From Macrostomum lignano (taxonomy: Eukaryota), in contig NIVC01000696.1 of assembly GCA_002269645.1 (NCBI GenBank), positions 1-64,000 of the forward strand: a DNA stretch of 64,000 bases, written 5' to 3'. The stretch's first letter is position 1. Each line of letters starts with the position of its first letter. Positions 51,815 through 64,000 of the stretch are shown in pieces. A program made the position numbers and the translations under genes. The notes beneath the pieces are model-generated. The model was not told where the DNA came from. It worked only from the letters and a program-made list of their open reading frames with translations, and ran no database searches.

Positions 51815-53331
51815 CCATAGACAAATTCGATCGATAAAATCCGTCTAAAAATACACTAACAAAGATCGGAACAGCTGAAATTTCACTGGAAAGTTATTAG
51901 GGAAAGAAACAGGTCTTTGTGATAGTTAGAATGTTGAATAGATAACTTCCTACCTATTGGTCCTTGATTATCGTGAAGCCAAATTTTAGCTGCAGTTGCG
52001 CAACCGGCACTCAATGACTGATTGATAAAATCCCCTTTCATCCGCGGTCGTTCCCTTTGCTCGGCAGTCAGTCTTCAAAAGCCGGAGAATCATTGAGCTT
52101 TGCTTCACTCTCTGTGCTCGCACTGGGAGACTTAGCCAACTTAGTTCCCCGATTCTCGAACTGATCAGAACGCGTAGGATGGATGGGGCATCGCTGCAGA
52201 GTCGTTCGACCCCGCAGAGTTTGAGAATGGGGAAATGGAAGAGCCAAAAAAATGGAGACGGGCACGAATTAATTTGATCCGGAGCGGGGGTTGCGACATC
52301 GCCGGAGCTGCGACGGATTTGAGAAATGAAGATCCGGGAGTCCGGGCCCCCATGCAGTTCTGGAAATCCAATTGCGATTCATTGGCCGAGTCTGCGGCCT
52401 CAGAAGCCGGGAAAGTCAATTAAAATTCTGTGTCGCCTGCTGCAGCTACGGCCCGGCAGCCAGTGCCCCCCCCCCAGCCAGTCTCGGGACAGTTTGATGT
52501 TGAACCGAAAAAAACGAACGATCGATATTTCGATTGAAAGAAACCAATTTCCTTCTCTGCTGTACATTGGCTATAGTTAATAGCAAACAGAATTAAACAA
52601 TATCCACTAGCAGCTTGGGCTTTAAAGGTTCACTGTTTGGTACAGTTTCTGACACGAATGAAGCGTCTCTCACTCTATCCCCGTCGTCTTCTTTTGCCTG
52701 GAAGATTTACGAGTTCAATTAAAGAGTGGCTGACAGGGAGTACGGGTGCCTTGGGACTCACGCCATTGTTGTTGGCCTGCATCCCGCCCCCTTCCCCAGT
52801 TATCTCTTCCCCTTGCTGCTTCCCGCCTTTCTCCCTCACTGAGCTCAGTCAGAATCTTCAGACACCTGGGCAAGCCTGAGCTGCTGCTGCTGCTGTTGGT
52901 CGATTTCGAGTCCAGCGGCCTGACCTGGGAGCAAACTTGACCCAAACTCTTCTTTCCAGCTTATACCAGCGCTGGCATGAATATTTGCGAGCATGCCTTC
53001 CAGCCTCTCTCCTGCATCCGCCCAACCACTCCGGGCGGGAGGCCATCTCTGCTTTCCGCGTCCACCCAGACACACCCCAGGCACTCCGGCCACTCAGCGG
53101 TAGAGTTTCCCGATTTCTGCACAGTCGCTTCCCATCAGCTTCTAAACCCCAACCACCCCGTATTCCCCAGCTTTATTCTCTTCCCCTTGCTTTATTTATC
53201 CCCGGGAGCATCTATTTGGGGAATATATACCTGCTTAAATCCCTTGGCCACTTGCTGCCGTGCAAAGACTTTATAGCGAACATAGAGACAGGCGACAGGC
53301 GAGTCACAGAGTTCGGTCATATATTAAGGCA

Positions 53332-55563
53332 ATGAGCTCGCCCTACAGCCCGCTCGGGTCTCCCGCTCGCGTCCTGAGCGGTCAGCATCATCAGCTTCAT
53401 CAGCACCTGCACAGCCGCCTGAGCTCCGTGTTCACCTGCAAGAAGCAGCGGGTGCGACCTCAGCCGGAAACTTCCGATAGCGACGGCGACGAGCTGGCGG
53501 AGGCGCCGGAAGTGGCTGTTGACAGGCCGCGGACCGCTTCCGACCGGCTGTTCCAGCTGTTTCGGGCTCGAGTGAGGCAGGTGCGAGTTCGCTAGGGAGG
53601 CTGAGATAAATTACTGAGTTCGGAATGAAATGGGCCTCTTTCAATTTAGGAGAATTCTGAGTTGTCTGGGAGCCTCATTTATTGGGAACAAAAAGTGACA
53701 GATTTCATTCCTGGGACTGGACCTCATTCACGGGACTGGACACTATTCACGGGACTGGACACTATTCACGGGACTGGACACTATTCACGGGACTGGACAC
53801 TATTCAAGGGACTAGACCTCATTCACTGGACTAGACCTCATTCAAGGGACTGAACCTCATTCACGGGACTGGACCTCATTCACGGGACTGGACACCATTC
53901 ATTCACTGGACTGGACCTCATTCACGGGACTGGACCTCATTCATTCATTCACTGGACTGGACCTCATTCACGGGACTGAACCTTATTCACGGGACTGAAC
54001 CTCATTCACAGGACTGGACCTCATTTACGGGACTGGACCTCATTAATTGGTTGGTTAACTGAGGTCCAGTCCCGTGAATAAAAGAAAATAAAGTACGAGC
54101 GTTGATCCTGCATTACTGGCACTCCATCGCTTAGATAATAAGCATAGTTTTTGAAGGCAGAATCCGATTAGCGTCACAATAATGAGTATACATACTATTC
54201 CTTGTCAGGCAATTGTATTGAATACCAGCAGCATCGCCCTGCTAGGATTTATTACTGACTAACCTGCACAATATGGGGGCTTACCAATTTAATGCGGCCC
54301 ACCCCCTACCCCAAACCCCTTCCAGGACAATTTTTAGTCATTCATTTTACCGGTACACAAGCCTTAAAAACTGCTCATTGTATAGGCTATGCCAATATCT
54401 GGAAAATGGGCGGTCACAATTGCTATGCCATTTGGATTAGTTGTAAATATTGATTACATGAGCTCAGCTGCAAGTCGGCTGTCTGGTAGAAATTCGGCTG
54501 TAGCGCAATTAGTGCAGAAATTAACAGAATCTCCTCCCCACAATGGGGGTTCTCGGTTCATTCGCGAGGATCTCTCATCTCATTCGTCAAGATCTCTCAT
54601 CTGATTCGTGAAGATCTCTCATCCGATTCGTGAAGATCTCTCATCTGATTCGTGAAGATCTCTCATCTGATTCGTGAAGATCTCTCATCTGCTTCGTTAA
54701 GATCTCACCTCATTCGTGAAGATCTCATCTGATCGTGAAGATCTCTCACCTCATTCTTGAATATTTCTCATCTCATTCGTTAAGATCTATCCTCATTCGT
54801 TAAGATCTCTCCTCATTTGTTAAGATTTCTCCTCATTCGTTAAGATCTCACCTTATTCGTAAAGATCTCACCTCATTCGTTAAGATCTCTCCTCATTCGT
54901 GAGATCTTTCATCTCATTCGTGAATATCTCTCATCTCATTCGTGAATATCTCTCATCTCATTCGTGAAGGTCTCTCACTTCATTCGTTAAGATCTCACCT
55001 TATTCGTAAAGATCTCACTTCATTCGTTAAGATCTCTCCTCATTCGTTAAGATCTCTCCTCATTCGTGAGATCTCATCTCATTCGTGAATATCTCTCTTC
55101 TCATTCGTTCAGATCTCACCTTATTCGTAAAGATCTCTCACTTCATTTGTTAAGATCTCTCCTCATTCGTTAAGATCTCTCATCTCATTCGTGGATATCT
55201 CTCATCTCATTCGTTAAGATCTCTCCTGATTCATGAAGATCTCATTTGATTCATGAAGATCTCATTTGATTCATGAAGATCTCATTTGATTCATGAAGAT
55301 CTCATTTGATTCGTGAAGATTTCATCTGATTCGTTACGATCTCATCTTATTTGTGAAGATCTCTTATCTCATTCGTGAAGATCTCGTCTCATACATGGCT
55401 AATAAACTGCATCCAATACGGAGAGAATATTTACTATAGATTTCCTGGAATGGAGATATAATCGACCAATCGATCTGGCTCTGGCGCTCCGCAATGCCCA
55501 GCGCTGACACGGAAGGAATTCTTTTGTCACTCTATGAGGCTGCAAGGGAATTCTTCAGCGGCG
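53332..55563 (+). CDS. Possible upstream exons of the PDZ gene (53332-53580; 55440-55563)
   Basis: An ATG-started 83-codon GC-rich frame ends at CAG|GTGCGA (phase 0). A phase-0 acceptor at 55440 opens a frame ending in phase 1, compatible with the phase-1 acceptors just before 58393. No homology recognised. Confidence 0.3.
53710..54042. repeat. 19-bp minisatellite
   Basis: Unit GGGACTGGACCTCATTCAC. Confidence 0.9.
54568..55390. repeat. Degenerate ~20-22-bp minisatellite
   Basis: GAAGATCTCTCATCTGATTCGT variants. Confidence 0.9.
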
Positions 55564-56104
55564 GTAGAAGTAAAACAAACTTCAAGCACAAAAAAGGAAG
55601 AAGATGAAGAGGAGCAGCCGCCGCAGCCGCTCCTATCTGTTTTCTTTCAAGGGAATAGTCTGTTAATGCCATAATGACCCTCATTAATAATTTGCCATTG
55701 TTGCCACAAGCCCACAAGCGAAGACCCAGGGGAGGAAGGCGCTAAGCCTGGCAGAGGCAAATGGGCTTGCGGGGCACGCATTGCCTGAGAGTTCTTCCGC
55801 GCCGAGAGTGACAGCAAAACATTGGACACTGCTTCCGCCAGGCATTTCCTTTGCTACCCTTTGCTTGTGGGCGAGTTCACTCGGGCTAGCAAGTTTTGCT
55901 TTTGTCTGCTCAGGAAAAAAGCAAAATTTATTGCATCGGTAGTTCTGCTGTGGCGAGTTGTCGCTGCTTTTGCCAAAGCAAGTGGTATAGAAATCAGGCA
56001 AATTATAAATATTATTGCACATGATTAGTAAACACTCAGGGATAAAAATAACAATAATATCAATACGATGCTCGTATACCTCAATATCCCTCTGTACGTG
56101 TACG

Positions 56105-56840
56105 AATTAAATGGATTGTTAATCTGCGTCACTCTATATGGGTAGTAATAAAATGGATTGCTAATCTATATCCCTCTATATGGGTAGTAATAAAATGGAT
56201 TGCTAATCTACATCACTCTATATGGGTAGTAATAAAATGGATTGCTAATCTATATCCCTCTATATGGGTAGTAATAAAATGGATTGCTAATCTACATCAC
56301 TCTATATGGGTAGTAATAAAATGGATTGCTAATCTACATCACTCTATATGGGTAGTAATAAAATGGATTGCTAATCTACATCACTCTATATGGGTAGTAA
56401 TAAAATGGATTGCTAATCTACATCACTCTATATGGGTAGTAATAAAATGGATTGCTAATCTACATCACTCTATATGGGTAGTAATAAAATGGATTGCTAA
56501 TCTATATCACTCTATATGGGTAGTAATAAAATGGATTGCTAATCTATATCACTCTATATGGGTAGTAATAAAATGGATTGCTAATCTATATCACTCTATA
56601 TGGGTAGTAATAAAATGGATTGCTAATCTACATCACTCTATATGGGTAGTAATAAAATGGATTGCTAATCTACATCACTCTATATGGGTAGTAATAAAAT
56701 GGATTGCTAATCTACATCACTCTATGTGGGTAGTAATAAAATGGATTGCTAATCTACATCACTCTATATGGGTAGTAATAAAATGGATTGCTAATCTACA
56801 TCACTCTATGTGGGTAGTAATAAAATGGATTGCTAATCTA
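56105..56840. repeat. 42-bp minisatellite
   Basis: Unit ATGGATTGCTAATCTACATCACTCTATATGGGTAGTAATAAA. Confidence 0.95.
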
Positions 56841-58395
56841 GCACTCTGTTACTAAAGATACAAATTAAGCTCTCAGTCTGGAGCGAAACCAACACAAAAA
56901 TCTAAAAAAAGCGTTAACTGCTACTGTCAACAGCTGACGAGGAGTTTCGCGTCTGCGATTTGCAATCTGAAAGCCGTACAGAAAGAGCTTGGCAAGAGAG
57001 TTGGTGATGCGGATTCACCTATCCATCTATTTAGAAGCACCAGTCCGGCCAAGCACTGCAGCAAACTGACTTTCTCTCTATCCCAAAGTCCACCACGCGC
57101 TGTACTCCCACAATGGGATCTGGCCAACAAAATATCCTCTTCGTGGACAGTCTCGCCAATTCACACCAGCGAGACAAAGGCGAGAGAACACACGCGGTGT
57201 AGATTTCTCGATAAGAATAGGACTGTACTCGTAATAATCTCAGTCTCCCCATCTTCATCTCTCTCCCTCACTCCCCCTGTCCACCCTAAGCCAGCGGTGA
57301 CTCCGCAGCATTTGGCAGCTGGCCAAAGAAATCGGAACCGCCATTGACCAGCCGTCAGAGAGCGTGTGGCCTCCCTAAGTCAGGAAGCCAGGCATGTCAG
57401 TGGAGAGCCGGCAAAAGACGCGCCATGTTTTCTTTAGCTTCAGCCCTGACGACAGCTCTGCTCGGGGGCATGCAATCGGATCTTGCAGGTGCAAATTGCT
57501 AAGCAGAGGGCCTGGCCGCACAAAGCGATGCACAAAGCTTTTCAACACCTCTCGTTCGAATTTTTAACAGGTCTATATTTTTTTTCAGGAAAAAGCTTCA
57601 TCTGTCAGCTGTTTCCTTAGCAACCATTTATTAAACAGCTTTTTTTGTCAAGCGCTGGTCATTATGTCCGAAAGCTGAGTCCAAATTTGACTTTGGCGTT
57701 CCAATTATTGTGATAGCTGAGATCGTAGCTAAGAAGAAGGTGGAGAAAGAACACGTTGAGCACACATTTAGCTGCCCCCCCCCTAACTGCAAGCTCCCCG
57801 CTAGTCCTTCAACTGCTGCAGTAGCACTCAAGCAAAATTTCTTGTAGCCCCCCCCTTACTCCGTGTCTCCGCGTAGCAGCTGCCCCAGGACGGCAGAGAG
57901 TGGATCAGCTCAGCCACTTCTCCCTCCCCCACTGCCCCAGCCTGGACCGCCGCTGTTCTCCTCACCCCCCCCCCCCTGTTGGCTGTACCCGCTCTGCACA
58001 TCCCCGAGAGGAGGGGCAGAGAAGTAAAAATAGCGACGGACAGGGCGGGAGAGGGGGGTGGGTCGGCGATGAGAGGGAGAGGGGTGGCCTGAGGGAGAGC
58101 ACTGAACTGGCATAGGGCAGGGAGCTGTAGTGCCGATCCTAGCGCAAGACGGGACAGCGTAGTAGCCCGGCCAAAGTACTTAAGCAGCGCCCCCGTCCCC
58201 GGCCACCGTCCAGCCAGACGTCTCACAACCTGCCAGCGCCGACTCCAGACACGGTGCATCCCAGGAGGCCCTCAAGCTGCAGCTGCGACTGAACTTCTCC
58301 AAATAGCCGGCAAGAAGTTAGCTTAGGAGTGAAGCGGTAATGGCGGAGCGCTTGACAACTAGTTAGTTGGGGGCGACACCAGGGATCCAGCCGTG

Positions 58396-58641
58396 ATGTA
58401 CTTCTGCGAGGACCACGGTTCCGCTTCGGAGGATGACGACGATGGCAGATGCACTGTGCTCCACTTCGCTGGAGCAACCACGGCAGCCCCTGCGGCCGCC
58501 GCAGAAGCAGAAGTCGCTGATGCTGCCAAGCCATCGATGTCAACTCTGGCTCCGCTGTCTCTGTTTCAGGAGGCGGAGGCCACTCGCAGCTACTCGGCTC
58601 CGAGTTCTCCCAGGCCCAGTCCGGCCAGTTCGTCCGCTGCA

Positions 58642-58674
<33 letters not shown>

Positions 58675-60322
58675 TCGGGCGCGGCGGGAGCTGCTCCGGG
58701 ATCCGCATTGAATCGGCGCCAGCGTAACGCGTCCCTCTGCTCACAGCAGCCCCAGCGGGCTGAGCTGTTGCCAGAGCACCAGCAAGTCCAGCACAAGAGC
58801 CAGCAGCTGCAGCACCGGCCAGGTCGAACGCCATCGTCCGCTTCTTCAGCGTCGCCGCCGCCACCGCCGTATCCCGAGCAGCAGCTGGCAAACTCACCCG
58901 GGATGCTGCCCTCGACATCAAACTCAGCCGCCGCGGCCCCGTTCGTGACAGTCAATGGCGGCGTTCACGATGGCTTTTTGTTGCCCCAGGCGACAGCCGC
59001 CTTTCAAGAGGTTCGCGAGATCAGCCTTGGCCGGCATAACGAAGAGCCGTACGGCATGAAGGTGGAGAGCATTGGAGAGGTGAGCGATTGGCGGCAGAGA
59101 AAAGATTAATGAGTTTGACGGAGCAGTTGACTGGGGAGTAAAGCTAAGAGGTCTGTGCTAGTACGTCGGTCTGTAGAGTACATTTTATCAGACACAAAGG
59201 TCAAGAGACTCAAAAGCCGTCTGGCCTTTATTGATCATCAAATTTCAACCATAGCAGGCATTTTACATCACGCACGTCGTTCGCAATTCCGTCGCGGCCT
59301 GCGCTGGCCTCAAAATCGGCGACGAGATTGTCAGAATCAACGATCGCCGACTGGAGGGCTTGAAGACGCGGGAGGTGCTGCAAATCATTCGTCAGAGCGA
59401 CGTTTGCGTTAAGCTGGCGTTCAAGCCCAGGTCTGACTCATGCACTCGTTGATGCTTCAGCGCTAGTAAAACACAAATTATAGCATCTCCTTCAATCAAA
59501 CATTATTTTCAGAGCTGTTGTGGCCAGAATTCGAGAAGTGCGCCTGAAAAAGGACAATGGAGTGCTGGGCCTCAGGCTGCAGAAGAAGCCAGACGTAAGA
59601 CCTGATGAAATGCAATTTTGCGTGATAATAAAGAGAAGCCACTTCATGTGCGCTAACGAATATTTCAGGGACTCTACATTGACTTTGTGAAAGCTGGCAC
59701 GGTGGCTCACGGGGCCGGCCTGAAAGACGGCGACCAGGTGCTGAAGATTAATAGCCACATCGTGACCGACTGGTCAATGGAAGGCGCCATGGCCCTGCTG
59801 AAGTCGCTGAGCGAAAGCGAGCCCCTGCTGCTGTTGATTCGCGAGACTCTGCCGCTGGCCCACGTGGCGGCAGCCAGAGGCAATTCGCACCAGACGGTCG
59901 TGCCCGACGGCAGCGGGCTGCCGAAGCAGCTGCTACTGCAGCAGTCGCAGCTCCTGCGCCGCCAAGGCTACGCAGCCGTTGAAACGCACCACCAGAACGG
60001 TGTCGGCACCGGCGACGGCGGCTGCGGACCGTCGGATCGGACCGCCAGCTGCTCGCGGCTTGGAGACACCGGCGACAGTGCCGGCAGCAGCGCGGTCATC
60101 CGACGAGCTCTGGGAACGAATCCGTGCGCTTCTACTGACGATTTGGAGATCACCCAGCTGCCCGCAGAGATGGACAATCAGAGAGGCGCCGCCTCCGGCT
60201 CTGCTTCCTCATTTCTGAAGTCCTCCAGGCTGACCTCCTTCTTGAAGTCGGCGCGGTTTTCTCGGCACAGTCAGCAGTCACCAAGAGAGACCCCTTTGTC
60301 AGCCGGTAGAGACAGAGGGTGA
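58396..60322 (+). CDS. Tandem-PDZ scaffold protein (syntenin-like PDZ repeats) with low-complexity flanks
   Basis: Exons ~58391/58396-59079, 59255-59430, 59513-59594, 59669-60322 (or donor at 60318), with consistent phases. PDZ-a: EVREISLGRHNEEPYGMKVESIGEQAFYITHVVRNSVAACAGLKIGDEIVRIND. PDZ-b: IREVRLKKDNGVLGLRLQKKPDGLYIDFVKAGTVAHGAGLKDGDQVLKINSH. Confidence 0.82.
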
Positions 60323-60449
60323 GCCTAGCCAACAGACTATGCGAGCGACAGACTATGAAGCTACAGGCAATATCGATTTAAAATCTACAATTCAATCAAT
60401 CTATCTATCAGATTTAAGTACTTTAATTAGTACATTGGGGACAAAGAGT

Positions 60450-60720
60450 TTATAGCATTTGACACCTGCGCCACGACCCATGATTCGATTCCGTGCCCGG
60501 ACACATTCATTAGCGGCTTGTGCGCGACAATTGGCCGGGGGTTGCCGTGCGATTCACACAAACACCTGAAGGTACATGCCTGACAATTAGAAAGTCCAGG
60601 GTCGCTGTACACCCTGTGTGAGCGTGTGTGTGAGGTGCATGCCTGCGTACAGTATTTGCGCGCTTGAATGTGCTAAGGAGTCAGCGGAATGGGCAGAATT
60701 GCCGTCAGCGCCGGTTCTGG
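60450..60720 (+). mobile_element. SINE family copy (head and body)
   Basis: Degenerate head (GCGCCACGACCCATGATTCGATTCCGTGC), similar to 19670-19700, followed by the shared body. Confidence 0.65.
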
Positions 60721-61031
60721 TGAGACGATGTCACCAAAGGCGTTTCAGTGTATCTCTAGTTAGTGAAAGGTCAGAAGAGTTGGTCGCGGTTAGTTCAGAG
60801 TTGAATAGGCTGCTTGCATGCGTCAACCCTCAAGGCAGCCGCCCTGAGCTGCAGTTCATCCTGCTGTGATAGGCCAGGGTAGCCGCCCTGAGCTGCAGTT
60901 CATCCTGCTGTGATAGGCCAGGGTAGCCGCCCTGAGCTGCAGTTCATCCTGCTGTGATAGGCCAGGGTAGCCGCCCTGAGCTGCAGTTCATCCTGCTGTG
61001 ATAGGCCAGGGTAGCCGCCCTGAGCTGCAGT

Positions 61032-62727
<1,696 letters not shown>

Positions 62728-63129
62728 TAATTTCGTCCATTGAAATACATTGTTGATTGTGTATTTATCGACAGGAAGTCTTTAAACTCCGTCATTTGTT
62801 TGATTGCGTGCACTATTATAATTTTGAAACCGGTTTTGAACCAACTGTGCGTTGATTTGAGCAATCTTTGACCCGCGGAGCTGCTGGCGGTAATGTGAAT
62901 CGGCCTCTATGGTGGCGTACCATCGCACCGGGTTCCAGGTCCCGGGCTCGATTCCAAGGCGTCAGCAACCCTCGGGTGCCGTGCTGTTGGCACTCTACGT
63001 TCTTCCGGAAGCTCGGAGTCGAATGTCAGGTGAGAGAGTGCAGTAACATATAAATAAGTTTGTTTATCGTGAACAATTGAGGCAGGAGACAAAATTCATT
63101 AGCGAGATTGGAAGTCGTCACTTTTTTAG

Positions 63130-63465
63130 CACTGCATTCCCAATATCTCAGCTTCACAACCGGCGAGAGGCATTGCTGCCCATTCCGCCGACTCCCCTGA
63201 GCAGGCACACAAGCGCGCGGATACGTACGCAGTCATACGCACAGGCACACACTCACACAGGAGTGTACAGCGGCCCTAACTTTATTTATCGTTAGGCATG
63301 TACACTTCACTGTGCCTTGGGGGTTGGCCCTCAAGGGTGTTAATTGCACGAGCAGAGCCAAGCCGAAATTCCAGTTTAACCCCTAAATAATGCGAATGCA
63401 CTTGGAATCGAGCCTGGGCTGCTGGAACATCAGAGCGCCGTGCTAGACCACTGGGATACAGGCCC
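63130..63465 (-). mobile_element. SINE family copy (head and body)
   Basis: Minus strand: CAGTGGTCTAGCACGGCGCTCT...CCCAGGCTCGATTCC, then GTACATGCCT, AGGGCCGCTGTACAC, GCGCGCTTG, ATGGGCAG in the same order as 60450-60720. Confidence 0.65.
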
Positions 63466-64000
63466 CCTGCACTCACAATTTTATCATGCTATTTCTTCAT
63501 GAAGCAAAGTTTTTCTATCTCCGTATTAAATTTTAAATGGGTTTTCCATTTCCAAGCAGTGCTGTGCTTGAAAGAAAATCTTTGCGAAAGCCGTTTAGAA
63601 AGGTAACCAAGAACTACAATTCATATTTTTCAGCTTTACGAAAACTTACTGTCATTAATATTGCTCTATCCCAGTTTGTATTTGTTGTCAAAGCGTCAAT
63701 TAAGGCATGATATATGAGCTGCAATATACTTCAAGCCAGCCACAGTTTAATCAGTTTTTGTATAGAAATCTGTCTGAATTATGATGTATGAATAATTGTG
63801 GATTATTCTATCTGATCTATCTGATGTATGTATCTGATACATATATACAGACATACTATTAGCATATATAAATACGAGCTGCCCTACTGGCTTGCTATTT
63901 TAAAAGAATAGTGCTTGAATTCATTCTTAGAGGATACAGCCGAACGTTAATCAATAACTGAATTTCTGGATTGCACTAAACTTCTGCGCTGGTTAGCTAT

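Overview
This is eukaryotic (animal) genomic DNA with GC-rich spliced exons and introns filled with tandem minisatellites. The organisation suggests a free-living flatworm such as Macrostomum, which is an inference only. Well-supported genes: the last two exons of exportin-7 (XPO7, +); a complete 20-exon kinesin-3 unc-104/KIF1A (7449-34837, +, about 1728 aa); a two-exon SDR oxidoreductase resembling a bacterial subfamily (-); a two-exon Rdx-fold (SelW/MIEN1-like) protein lacking its redox motif (-); and a tandem-PDZ protein (+). Weaker hand-built gene models: a nested antisense death-domain-like gene in unc-104 intron 3, a small MG-start ORF, and a minus-strand putative secreted protein. unc-104 carries an apparently duplicated alternative exon and an alternative C-terminal exon pair. 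Mobile DNA includes a minimal hammerhead ribozyme inside a short Penelope-like insertion with a 13-bp direct repeat, a tRNA-derived SINE family, a hAT MITE with a perfect 8-bp TSD, and two further MITE families. About 30 distinct tandem arrays are present. All alignments were made by eye, family comparisons are from memory, and array boundaries are approximate.
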